Below, in pieces: positions 11,941 through 24,299 of a stretch of DNA of 64,000 nt. Under the pieces are notes generated by a model. The model was not told where the DNA came from. It searched no databases and was given only the letters and a program-made list of their open reading frames with translations. The translations under genes were made by a program, and so were the position numbers. Source of the stretch: Mustelus asterias (lineage: Eukaryota); contig NC_135804.1 in NCBI RefSeq assembly GCF_964213995.1, positions 26,350,001 through 26,414,000 of the forward strand. The letters run 5' to 3'. How positions within the stretch are numbered: the first letter of the stretch is position 1; the number at the start of each line of letters is the position of its first letter.

Positions 11941-13365
11941 GTGAGTTGGGGTTGAGGGTTGATGAGGGGGGGAAGCTGAGTGATTTGATGGATGGATGGA
12001 TGGATGGAGTGTCTGCTGGCTCCGGGGATTATAGACAGTCCCACACAATGGCTGTGCGGCAGCCCCAGGAGCAAGTTGAGGGGAAGAAGCTGCGTTGGGG
12101 GGGGGGAGCTGATCAGGGGGACAGTGAGGGGGGAGGATCGGCCAGCCCTGGAGCAGGAACTTGAGGCTGTTTTGGATGGAGGAGGTTGGGGGGTTAAAGC
12201 GCGCTCTGCAGACACAGGCTGTTGTGAAGTTCTTCCAAAGCTCCTTCCATGGCGCCTTCTTCACGGCTGACTTTGTTGGGTCAACACCGAGATGCCACCA
12301 GTAGCTGTTAGGCCGGTCGTGTTTATGTTTTTATTTGGGGGGAAATAATGTTGACACGGAAGATTTGGAAGTTCCTTCCGTTTGGGTTCAAATGTCTCCC
12401 CGCTCCAAAACAAACAAACAATTGTAACTGTGACTGATCACCCCCCAAAAACCGACCAATGTGACCGAAAGATTTCCAAGTGCATGGTGTTTTTCATATG
12501 CACCTTTAAACGAGTATGCTTTTATTTTTAAACAACCCCTTTCCTCCGCCCTCGAATACATTCTGCCCAATCGACAAACTTTGACACAATTAAATACACC
12601 GAGGTAAACAATATCTCGCAATTCTAAAGCTGCAGTGTAAACTTAACCGACCCCGTAGTGGACAGAACGGTGATATAAATAGAATACACACGATGTCAAG
12701 TTACTGCAAAATCTATGCGGTTGATTCGGAACAGACAAATGATCGACACAATCGGATTTGTGAACTCCACATATTAATACAGCTCATTCTTGTCTTGTGT
12801 GCCGGCTTGTTTTCTGTTTTTATCTATGCTGCAAACTCAGCAGATTTAATTTGTATTAAAGTTTCTCAGTTTAACCAGACTTTTTTGTGCGTTCTCGGGT
12901 CTGTACCATCAGAAGGAACAACATATACATTTATGATATACTCCAGCTAACTGTCATCGGTTTCCCCGCTTCCATGGGCAATCGTATACAGATTGACCCG
13001 TTGGTGAACTCTAGGAGTCAGAGGGTTAAGTTCGCAAAATAAGTTACCATCAGTCCTTTAGGAATGTTGTGTACCAGTGAGATAAAGCAAATACTCGACC
13101 AGCACTGTGGCACTAGGGAGTATAATATTCTTAATTCCAAAATCATTATTAGTTGGTATTGTTTGATCAAACCAGAACAGAATCACTTTTTTTTTGTTGA
13201 ATCAAGTTTTGGTCATTTCTGCACTCCATTGGCTAGTTCATCATCAGGTGTTATGTCTCCTAACTCAATGAACGTTCTGTTGATTTTTGTTTTCAGTAAC
13301 ATGCTTAGTTCCTGTATATTTGGCCAAGCCTTTTGTCAAATCATCCTCTATTCTGTCAGTTCATA

Positions 13366-13970
13366 GTTTGAGGATAAGGGGGTAAACCTTTTAGAACTGA
13401 GGTGAGGAGCAATTTCTTTATTCAGAGGGTGATGAATGTGTGGAATTCACTACTGGAGAAAGTAGTTGAGGCCAAAACGTTTTGTGATTTCAAGAAGGTG
13501 TTAAATATTGCTGTAGGGACTAAAGAGATCAAGGGATATGGGGGGGTGGGGGAAGGCGGGATCAGGATATTGAATTTGATGATCAACCATGATCAAAATG
13601 AATGGCAGAGCAGGCTCGAAGGGCCTAGTCCTGCTTCTGTTTTCTATGTTTCTATGAGTAGTGTCCCAATCTGTTTAATCTTTCCTCATAAGACAATCCC
13701 TCCATATCGGGGGTCATCCTAGTGAACCTTCTCTGAACTGCTTCCAATTAAATAATAATATCTTTCCTGAAAAAGGGGGACCCAAACTGCCCACAGTACA
13801 CCAGATGTTGAGGCCAAAACGTCTGATTTCAAGAAGAAATTAGATGTACCTCTTGGGGCCAAAGGGATCAAGAGATATGGTGAGCAGGGGGAAATCAGGA
13901 TATTGAATGCAATGATCAAAATGAATGGTGGAGCAGGGCCGAATGCCCTACTCTTTCTTGTTTCTATTTC
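13366..13970 (+). mobile_element. Rearranged CR1 3' end (tail, inverted internal piece, second tail)
   Basis: CR1 tail at 13366-13655, reverse-strand QFGSP-type piece at about 13660-13805, and a second tail starting gttgaggccaaaacgt at 13807. Confidence 0.7.
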
Positions 13971-14539
13971 TGTGAATGGGGAAAGGGGAGGAACTTTTAT
14001 TTTTACTTTTATGTATCATAGTGAAGGAAAATGTTCATTGAAACCCACTTGAAATAATATATTGTATCCCCTTTGGCGCAAGACCATTGTAAAAAACAAT
14101 CCCCAAAGCTGAGAGCTTTCATACTGACATTGCCTTAAAGTTGTGTTTGTTTTTGTATCCTGGTGGTAAACTGAATTCACTAATCATTTCTGAAACAATT
14201 TGGTTGTGTTGTCAAGGATTGATTTTTTTTTTCAATGCACATGGGAAGAGAATGTGTACCCCACTGGGGAAGAATTTCTAGGTGTTTTGATTGTCAAGTT
14301 TGGTTATAGAGAAGATTCTGTAGATGTATTGAGTCCCAAAGCATGTATTTCCAAACAGAACTGTACCCCAAAACGCTGGCACAATGAATATTTTGGTATA
14401 CTAACTTACCCATAAGTTTACCCAATGTATTTAATCTCCCTAGCGGAGGTTCTGCAATGTTTAAAAAAAATTGCATGAAGTATTTCTTCATGGCCCCATC
14501 ATTGTTCTATGCAAGAGAATAACTTCAAATCAGATTATC

Positions 14540-15045
14540 AGGTGGCTCGGTGGCTCAGTGGTTAGCACTACTGCCACTCAGTGCCAGGGATCCAGGTTTA
14601 TTTCCAGCCTCAGGTGAATGTCTGTGTGGAGTTTGCACATTCTCCCCGTGTCTGCGTGGGTTTCCTCCAGGTACTCCGGTTTCCTCCCACAGTGACAAGA
14701 TATGCATGTTAAGTGGATTGGCCATACTAAATTAGTATTTAGTATAAATACTAATTTATACTAAAATTATTAGTATAATAATTTATACTAATTATAAATT
14801 AGTATAATTTACTAATTATACTAATTATAATTAGTATAATTATAATTATACTATAATATAATAGTATAATTATATAATTAGTGTCCCTTGGTGTCCAAAG
14901 ATGTGTAGGCCAGGGGGATTAGTGGGGTAAATACATGGGGTGGGTGGGGGGGGGGGGGGGAGGGGGGGGGCCTGGGTGCTCAACCGGAGATTCGTTGCAG
15001 ACTCGATGGGCCGAATGGCCTCCTTCTGCATTGTAGGGATTCATA
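14540..15045 (+). mobile_element. HE1-like SINE (tail a) with an internal AT-rich insertion
   Basis: Head, V-domain and tail are recognisable, with about 150 bp of AT-rich insert at 14731-14881. Confidence 0.85.
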
Positions 15046-15484
15046 CCTAAGTTTCCTTTGTTCTGTTTTTGCCAAGCTAATAAACATCCTTAAAATGCTG
15101 GTTTACTTCAGTGATTTTATACATGTAGTTACTAAATCGCTTCTCTTAAACATGTACACTTGTTAAGTTCCTCCAACTGAATCATTTATCACCTTTATTC
15201 AGTTCACAAAAATGCACTTGTTCTCGAATGGACACTAGAATACAATGAAGTAAAGGGGATGTTTCAAGTTTATTTTCTTTCATAAATCAGGGAATACAAT
15301 GACTGGGGGTATACCGAGAGGAGGATCTTAATCAGATAACAGGAGCAAAGTGAGTAATATTTAGGCAAGGGAAGATCACAGGGCAGGTCAAAGTGGAATA
15401 CTGCGGATGCAGGAAATCTGAAGTAAAAGCAGAAAATGTTGGAAATACCCAGCAAGTTATGGCAGCACCTGTGGAAAGAAACAA

Positions 15485-15521
15485 AGTTAATGTTTCAGGT
15501 CTGCAACCTTTCATCAGAACT
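15485..15521 (-). ncRNA. Minimal type I hammerhead ribozyme motif (core intact, stem III mutated)
   Basis: AGTT-CTGATGA-A-AGGT(TGCAG)ACCT-GAAA-CATT-AACT; CATT instead of CGTT is consistent with CpG decay. Confidence 0.6.
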
Positions 15522-16389
15522 GGGAACAGTTAGAGATGTAATAGGTTTTGAATGAGGATGGGTGGGATAAGAACTAAAGAAAGTTCCATGATAGAGTGAA
15601 AATCAGGAAAGTCTTCCAGGGTCAAAGAGAATGATGATAGGGCAAACAAAGAGACTAAGAAACAGAGGATGTGCCTAGGGTATGTGTGCAGCTGCCTAAA
15701 GGGGGAAAAAAACAAAACAAGCTAAGAAAAGGAAACAGCACGGAACATCAACTATGTTATGAAGTTGTTGAACTCAGTGCTGTGTTTGGAAAGCTGTAAA
15801 GTGCCTATTTGAAAGATGGGGTGCTATCCTCAAGCTTACGTTGAGCTTCACTAGAACAGTTCAGTAGGTTGAGGAAAGTGTGAGAGCAAGGTAGGGAATT
15901 AAAATGACAGGCCACCAGAAGCTAGGGGTCATCCTTGCAGACTGAACATAGGCGTTCTGCAAAACATCTGCATTTGGTCTCCCCAGTTCAGACCTGGTAT
16001 GTTAAGCCTGTTTCCCTCCATAATGCTGTAGTTTTGCTTTGCTCAAATGTTACCTGCTTTGTTCCCTGTTACATAATTAAGATCCCTCCACTCTAGAGAT
16101 ACTGTTTGTCATCTTATGCCCACATTTATGAAACAAGTAATAAAATTAAAACATCCCCCTTTGCTTCATTGCATTCTGATGCTCATTTGTGAACAAGTAC
16201 ATTTTTGTAAACTGAGTAAAAAAAGGTGAGAAATGATGGAAGTAGGAGGAAATTAACAAGTGCCGCAAATACATACACTAGATTGAAAGAAGTCCTTGTA
16301 AGTCACTACTTCACCTGGAAGAAGTGTTTGGAACCTTGCACACTAAGGAGAGAGGAGATAATATTGCATCTCCTGTTACATATTACATC

Positions 16390-16651
16390 ATGATGTGGAG
16401 ATGCCGGCGTTGGACTGGGGTGAACACAGTAACAGTTTTAACAACACCAGGTTAAAGTCCAACAGGTTTATTTGGTAGCAAATACCATTAGCTTTCAGAG
16501 CGCTGCTCCTTCGTCAGATGGAGTGGAAATCTGAGATTTCTGGAAATGAGATTTCCACTCCATCTGACGAAGGGGCAGCGCTCCAAAAGTTAATGGTATT
16601 TGCTACCAAATAAACCTGTTGGACTTTAACCTGGCGCTGTTAAAACTCTTA
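16390..16651. mobile_element. Palindromic PLE terminal-repeat insertion (family A) with 12-bp TSD
   Basis: Arms at about 16429-16532 and 16549-16651 are reverse complements; the TSD acatattacatc is at 16378-16389 and 16652-16663. Confidence 0.88.
16485..16521 (-). ncRNA. Minimal type I hammerhead ribozyme motif (intact)
   Basis: CCAT-CTGACGA-A-GGAGC(AGC)GCTCT-GAAA-G-CTA-ATGG: all core nucleotides present, with a CUA cleavage triplet. Confidence 0.75.
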
Positions 16652-16869
16652 ACATATTACATCTCCAGTGTTTGAATGGAAAGGTGATGTGGGAGGGGAC
16701 TGGTTGTTGTAGGTGATTGAGGAGTGGACCAGGGTATCAAGAAGTGAGCATTCCCTTTGGAATATTAAAAGGGGAAGGGAGGGGAAGATGTGTTTGCTAG
16801 TGGCATCATGCTGGAGATGGCACAAATAGCAGACAATGATCCATTGAGTATGGAGGTTGAGTATTCGAG

Positions 16870-19275
16870 GGTTGGATGGAGAGACATTTGTTGAGTGTAT
16901 TCAGGAGGAATTTGGATGGCCTGACTAGAGAGGGGACAAAACTTGACCTCCTCTTGGGAAATAAGGAAAAGCAGGTGACAGAAGTGTTCGTGAGGGATCA
17001 CTTTGGGACCAGTGACCATAATTCCATTAGTTTTAAGATAGCTATGGAGAATGATAGGTCTGGCCCAAAAGTTAAAATTCTAAATTAGGGCAAGGCCAAT
17101 TTTGATGGTATCAGGCAGGAACTCTCAAAAGTTAATTGGGGGAGTCTGTGGGAAGGCAAAGGGACCCCGGGGTAAGTGGCACGCTTTCAAAAGTGTGTTA
17201 ACCAGGGTTCAGGGTAAACCCATTCCTCTTAGAGTGAAGGGCTTGGCTGGCAGAACTAGGGAACCCTGAATGACTCGGATGACCCTGGTCAAGAAGGAGA
17301 AAGAGGCACATGACCTGCATAAGCAGCTGGGATCAAGTGAATACCTTGAAGAGTAGAGGGGGTGTAGGATAGAGTTAAGAGAGAAATCAGGAGGGCAAAA
17401 AGGGGACACGAGATTGTTTTGGCAGATAAGGCAAAGGAGAATCCAAAGAGCTTCTACATATACGTAAAGGGAAAAAGAGTAACAAGGGAGAGAGTAAGGC
17501 CTCTTAAGGATCAACAAGGTCATCTATGTGCAGATCCACAAGAGATGGGTAAGATCCTAAATGAATATTTCTCATCAGTATTTACTGTTGAGAAAAGCAT
17601 GGATGTTAGGGAACCTGGGGAAATAAATAGTGATGTCTTGAGGAGTGTACATATTACAGAGAAGGAGGTGCTGGAAGTCTTAAAGCGCACCAAGGTAGAT
17701 AAATCCCCGGGACCTGATGAAGTGTATCCCAGGACATTGTGGGAGGCTAGGGAGGAAATTGTGGGTCCCCTAGCCGAGATATTTGAATCATTGATAGTCA
17801 TGGGTGAGGTGCCTGAAGATTGGAGAGTGGCAAATGTTGTGCCTTTGTTCAAAAAGGGCTGCAGGGAAAAGCCTGGGAACTACAGGCCCGTGAGCCTCAC
17901 ATCTGTGGTGGGTAAGTTGTTGGAAGGTATTTTGAGAGACAGGACCTACAGGCATTTAGAGACTCAAGGACTGATTAGGGACAGTCAGCATGGCTTTGAG
18001 AGTGGAAAATTTGATTGAGTTTTTTGAAGGGGTAACCAAGAAGGTAGATGAGGGCAGTGTTGTTGATGTTGTCTACATGGACTTTAGGAAGGCCTTTGAC
18101 AAGGTACCGCATGTTAGGTTGTTGCATAAGGTTAAATCTCACGGGATCCAGGGTGAGGTATCTAAATGGATAAAAAGTGGGCTTCTTGACAGAAGTCAGA
18201 GGATGGTTGTAGAGAGTTGTTTTCAAACTGGAGGCCAGTGACCAGCGGTGTGCCTCAGGGATCAGTGCTGGGTCCACTGTTATTTGTCATTTATATTAAT
18301 GATTTGGATGAGAATATAGGAGGCATGGTTAGTAAGTTTGCAGATGACACTAAGATTGGTGGCATAGTGGACAGTAAAGAAAGTTATCTCCAATTGTAAC
18401 GGGATCTTGATTAATTGAGCCAGTGGGCTGACGAATGGCAGATGGAGTTTAATTTAGACAAATGCGACGTGATGCATTTTGGTAGATTGAACCAGGGCAG
18501 GACTTACTCAGTTAATGGTAGGGTGTTGGGGAGAGTTACAGAACAAAGAGATCTAGGGGTACATGTTCATAGCTCCTTGAAAGTAGAGTCACAGGTGGAC
18601 AGAATGGTGAAGAAGGCATTCGGCATGCTTGGTTTCATTGGTTAGAACATTGAATACAGGAGTTGGGACGTCTTGTTGAAGTTGTACAATACATTGGTAA
18701 GGCCACACTTGGAATACTGTGTGCAGTTCTGGTCACCCTATTATAGAAAGGATATTATTAAACTAGAAAGAGTGCAGAAAAGATTTACTAGGATGCTACC
18801 GGGACTTGGTGGTTTGAGTTATAAGGAGAGACTGGATAGACTGGGACTTTTTTCCCTGGAGCGTAGGAGGCTGAGGGGTGACCTTATAGAGGTCTATAAA
18901 ATAATGAGGGGCACAGATCAGCTAGATAGTCAATATCTTTTCCCAAAAGTAGGGGTGTCTAAAACTAGAGGGCATAGGTTTAAGGTGAGAGGGGAGAGAT
19001 GCAAAAGTGTCCAGAGGGGCAATTCTTTCACACACAGGGTGGTGAGTGTCTGGAACAAACTGCCAGAGTTAGTAGTAGAGGCAGGTACAATTTTGTCTTT
19101 TAAAAAGCATTTAGATAGTTACATGGGTACATGGGTATAGAAGGATATGGGCCAAATGCGGGCAATTGGGATTAGTTTAGGGTTTTTTTTTAAAAAGTGC
19201 GGCATGGACAAGTTGGGCCTTCGGCATTTGGCATTCGGCATTCGGCATTTGGCCCATATCCTTCTGTAAACCTCT
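16870..19275 (+). mobile_element. 5'-truncated CR1 (HER1-like) LINE, ORF2 with frameshifts and stops
   Basis: ORFs across 17419-19140 give [45 protein letters not shown] and PHLEYCVQFWSP. Confidence 0.95.
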
Positions 19276-21599
19276 CTCTCTATGGTAGGGCAAGGACAAG
19301 GAGAACCCTATCGTGATTCTGAGAAGAAGGGGAGGGGATTAGGATAGAAGTATGGGAAATGTGGTGGACATGTTCAACCACAGTCAAGATGGGAGAATCC
19401 TCAGTTGAGGGAAAAAAAAGACACCTCAGAAGCACTGTTGTGGATGGTTGAATTGCCAGAAGAGATGTGACGGAGTCAAAGGAACTGGGAGAATGGAATA
19501 GAATCCTTACAGGGTGTACGATGCAAGGAATGGTAGCAGTAGGGGTCGGTGGGCTTATAATGAATATTAGTTGATAGCTTATCACCAGAGGGAGGGAATG
19601 GAAGAGTCAGAGATGGACAAGTCCAAAGATGTGCGGGTTAGGTGGATTGGCCACGCTAAATTGGCCCTTAATGTCAGGGGGACTAGCTAGGGTAAATGCA
19701 TGTGGTTATGGGGATTGGGCCTGGGTGGGATTGTGGTTGGTACAGACTTGATGGGCCAAATGGCCTCCTTCTGCACTGTAGGATTCTATGATGTGAAGGT
19801 GAGAGAAGAGTGGAAATTGGAAGCAAAGTTGAAGTTTTCCAATTCAGGACATGGCATGAGGGAGCCTGAGTTGGACTGGGAAATGAAATGTTTGTCATAT
19901 CCTGTACAAAGGGCAGACAGGTCAAACTAGATTGTTCTTGCATATCACTAGTGGCATTTTGAATGCTAACTGAAAGTGGGCAGAAAAATTGGCCATAAAA
20001 GTATCAGCAATTCTTCATTACTTTGTGATGTTTTAGAACCTGAAGACCTAATGAACATTAATGACATGTTCTCAATTGAATTTTTTAACATTGTTTCACC
20101 CGCAAAGATGTAGTCAAAATCTTCAAAACAGTCATTTATCTTTCCTAGTCCAGACTTCACTTGGCTATTTTGTTTTCTAAGATGATGAAAAGCAGAAGAA
20201 CATGAGGCTGAATAGGGAAATGTACATTTCTGCATATGTGGAGCAAAGAGATAATTTGCACATTCCCTGTGCCTGTGACATATAAGCTGAGAGTACTGTA
20301 AATTAGAAAGTATGCAGTGTTTTCAAATTCACTTCATTAAAGATAGGAAGTGTAAAAACATAATTTCAATTCTTTCACACTCAAATTATAATTTAATATA
20401 TTAAAAATTTAATATATTAAAAATGTACCTTGAGGATATGGAGAAAAGTTTTTATATTAAAAAAATGAATTAAACTTGAAAACCATTGTGTGAAGCCATA
20501 ATTGTGTACTTTTGTACCTGAATGGAGACAAACAAGAAAATAATATGGAAATCTGTAGGTTGTAATTTTGCCCATTATTTTTTAAATATTTTAGAGAATC
20601 TTACCAGAAGAGACTTGATTAATTCTAGTTGTGGTTTAACTATGCTTTGCATTATTAAGCTAAAACTGATCAAGATTGAATTTCTGTTCCCAATTACATG
20701 AACTCCAGTTGTTTAGTGTTTTATGCAGAAATAGTCATTGGTTGCTACTTCGCCATGTATTGTGAGGCCATATTTTAATATACTCATATTTCACATGTCA
20801 ATAAAATAATATCAGGAAAAGGATCTTTTCCGTTATCTGATGATTTGGCTACCACCGGATTCTTCATGCAGAGAAGCCAAGCATGACATAAGATGTTGAG
20901 AATGGGAGCAAACATATCTCCATACTTGGAATAATTAAAAATAGGGTTGTTTCTCCATTGTCCTAGCTGCAGCTGGGATTGACCTTATACTTTCCAGTGA
21001 TGTTGTGTGCATTTCTGGATGGGAATGTGTATACATGTTCTGTGTTTTCTATATTTATTCTGTAAAATTATACATCTGACTGCAAAAAAAGCATTATATT
21101 TATGCATTTGTTTTATATTATGATGGCTTTGTGGATATCCATGGTGAAGTGATGACAGTATGGATTAGGACATTCCCAGCCTCTGCTGAGTTATTTGATT
21201 TCAGGCTGGGAAATGAAGTATTATAGTTGGCATCAATTATTGGGATTAGGTAAAATCTGATTTTATAATCTATGTTGGAAATTTGTTTCTGTATATTATC
21301 ATAGGAGGATAGTATCAGGGTGTCAGTAGCTTCCATGGTCAAACCATATCCACCTTTTCCTAACATTTTCTTCTTTGATCTGGACTCCATTTTGTCCAAT
21401 TAGACTACTATGATCTTTTTCTACATTAAAGGTACAATATAGATTAATATTGTATCATGCTATCTATGTTTACATATGGCTATTTCAGAGAGCTGTCTCA
21501 GTTGTTTTTACAAATACTTGCAGTATTATTTTATGTCCAACAATGCTATTTATTAAATAATGGGAGCTTGTCAGGAAGGCACAGTGATAGACTGAAAAA

Positions 21600-24060
21600 A
21601 ATCAGCTGGGTAAAGTTGGTCCAGATGAGGAATTTTCTTAGAATAGCATGTATTGGAGTCAATCAGAAAGCAGGCTATACTTGACCTGATATTGTGCAAC
21701 AAGTTAGGTTTAATTAATGACCTCATTACGAAGTCCCCCACAAAGGTAGCAGCGATTATAATGTGATTGAGTTTTACATTCAGTTTGAGGGAGAGAAGAG
21801 TAGATCTAAAACTAGTATTTTAAACTTAAGGGCAACAATGAGGGCATGAAAGCAGAGCTAACTAAAATGAGCTGGCAAATTACATCAGGGATACATCTGT
21901 AGAGATGCAGTGGCAGACATTTAAGGGGATGTTTCGGAATAGATACATTCCAATGAGAATGAGAAATTCCAAGGGGTGGACCCACCATCCGTGGTTAATA
22001 ACTAAAAAAGTTAAAGATAGTATCAAACTTAAAGAAAAAGCATAGAATTACACAAAGATGAATGGCAAGTCAGAGGATTGGACAGAATATTTTTTAAAAA
22101 GCAAAGAATGACTAAAAATTAGTTAGGAAGGAAATTGAATATGAGAGAAAGCTAGCTAGAGATATAAAGAAAAATATAAAATGAGTATTTCTGTAGATAA
22201 TTGAAAAAGAAAAGAGTTAACAAAGTGGGTGTTTGACCTACACAAAGTGAGTCTGGGGAATTAATAATAGAAAATAAGGAGATGGCAGATGAATTGAACG
22301 AGCATTTTGCGGCAGTCTTCACTATAGAGGACACAAGTAACATTTCAGAAAGCTTTAAATCAGGAAATAGAAGGGAAGCAGGAAGGAACTCAAGAAAGTT
22401 ACAATCCCCTGGATTTCATTCTGGGGTCTTAAAAGAAGTGGTTTTAATTTGACAAAATTCTCTAGATTCAGATTGGAAGATAGCAAATGTAACTCCTTTA
22501 TTCAAAAAGGGAGGGAGACAGAAAGCAGCAAACTAAAGGTCAGGAAATAGGGAAAATTTCAGAAGTTATTGTTAAAGACATTATGGCAGGGCACTTGGAA
22601 AGTCAGGCTTTGTTTTGTGAAAAGGAAATCATATTTAATCAAATTATTGGAGTTATTTGAAGAACAGATGGTGTGGATAACGGGGAACCGGTAGATGTAC
22701 CATACTTAGATTTCCAAAAGGTATTTGATAAGGTGCCACATCAAAGATTTTTGTGCAATATATCATAGGTATCATAGAACCCTACAGTGCAGAAAGAGGC
22801 CATTCGGCCCATCGAGTCTGCACCGACCACAATTCCACCCAGCCCTACCCCCATATCCCTACATATTTTACCCGCTAATCCCTCTAACCTACGCATCTCA
22901 GAACACTAAGGGGCAATTTTAGCATGGCCAATCAACCTAACCCGCACATCTTTGGACTGTGGGAGGAAACCGGAGGAAACCCACGCAGACACGAGGAGAA
23001 TGTGCAAACTCCACACAGACAGTGACCCGAGCCGGGAATCAAACCCAGGTCCCTGGAGCTGTGAAGCAGCAGTGCCAACCACTGTGCTACCGTACCGCCC
23101 ATAATGTAGAGGGTGATATATTGACATGGATAGAAGATTGGCTAGCTAACAGGAAACAGAGGAAAGCCATAAATGGATCTTTTTCTGGTTGGCAAGATGT
23201 AACGAATGGCATGCCACAGGGATCAGTGCTGGGACCTCAACCTTTTGTTATTTGTATAAAAGACTTGAATGAAGGGACTGAAGGTATGGTTGCTAAATTT
23301 GCTGATAACACAAAAGATAGATAGGGATGCAAGATGTGAGGTGGATGTAAAGAGGCTACAAAGAGATTTGGATATGTTAAGTGAGTGGGCAAAGATCTTG
23401 CTAATGGGGTGTAATGTGGGAAAATGTGAAATTATCCATTTTGGCAGGAATCATTTAAAAAATAAGCATATTATCCACATGGTGATAGCTTGCTGAGGTC
23501 TAAGATGCAGATGGATCTTGTGTATGAATCGCAAAAGGTTAGTATGCAGGTACAGCAAGTAATTAGGAAAGCTAAAAGAATGTTATCATTTATCGCGAGA
23601 GGAATGGAATACAAAAGTAGGGACGTTATGCTTCAGTTACGCAGAACATTGGCGAGACCACATCTGGAGTTCTGTGTATCGTATCTCCTTATTTAAGAAA
23701 GGATGTAAATGCATTGGAACCAGTTCAGATATGGTTTACCAGACTAATATCTGGAATGGGCAGGTTATCTTACAGGAAAGGTTAGGCTTGTATCCACTGG
23801 AGTTTAGAAGAGGAAGAGGTGACTTGATTGAAACATACAAGATCCTGAGGGGCCTTTGCAGGGTCGATGTGAAGAGCATGTTTCCTGTTGTGTGAGAATC
23901 AAGAACTAGAGGTTACTGTTTAAAAAAGGCTGCACAGTTATATAGGTTGGTGGGAACATGGAGTTAAGGTTACAATCCGATCAACCATGATCTTATTAAG
24001 TGGCAGAGCAGGCTCCAAGAGCCATGTTGCCTACTTCTGCTCCTAATTCGCATGTTTGTA
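21600..24060 (+). mobile_element. Degraded CR1 LINE containing an inverted HE1 SINE
   Basis: [15 protein letters not shown] and ARPHLEFCV remnants. Confidence 0.8.
22770..23100 (-). mobile_element. HE1-like SINE (tail a)
   Basis: Full head, V-domain and tail. Confidence 0.85.
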
Positions 24061-24299
24061 AATATTATAGAAACTATAACATTTTCACTGTCAACTGTAA
24101 CATGGGAGCAAAGTTTATCTATTAATAAGCTTTAGAAATCTCAGAATTGATTATATCATCATGTCTCGATCAATGCAGTGCAAAATATAACCTCACTGAT
24201 ACGACTCAAGAATATCAATTACTTATCGATCTTGTTTGCACTGATTAATTTGTTACCACTAAATTATTATTGATGTTGAATAAAAGAGTGCATAGATTG

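Larger units (their letters stand above)
11240..11945. promoter_or_regulatory. CpG island / bidirectional promoter shared by CTU2 and RNF166
   Basis: Dense CpG in an otherwise CpG-poor window, with divergent start codons 488 bp apart. Contains a GC box GGGCGG (11350-11355), a YY1-like AAATGGCGGC (11635-11644) and a full CRE TGACGTCA (11670-11677). Confidence 0.85.
15390..19890 (-). mobile_element. Fragmented Penelope-like element (GIY-YIG end plus terminal repeat) hosting nested insertions
   Basis: The minus strand at about 15770-15990 encodes GETK and CSSEAQRKLE...IF..GTLQ...EFNNF remnants of a PLE GIY-YIG endonuclease. Terminal repeat at 15390-15530; further pieces at about 16300-16380, 16665-16860, 19275-19620 and 19790-19890. 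Confidence 0.7.

Noticed and set aside
11359-12270. Long overlapping ORFs around the CpG island
   Set aside because: Stop-poor GC-rich sequence, already explained by the promoter, RNF166 exon 1 and the start of intron 1.
14540-14620. tRNA genes suggested by A/B boxes (also at 6140, 34505, 41870)
   Set aside because: They are tRNA-derived SINE heads; no intact cloverleaf is evident and each continues into a SINE body.
17419-19140. Active reverse transcriptase gene
   Set aside because: A 5'-truncated CR1 ORF2 broken by frameshifts and stops.
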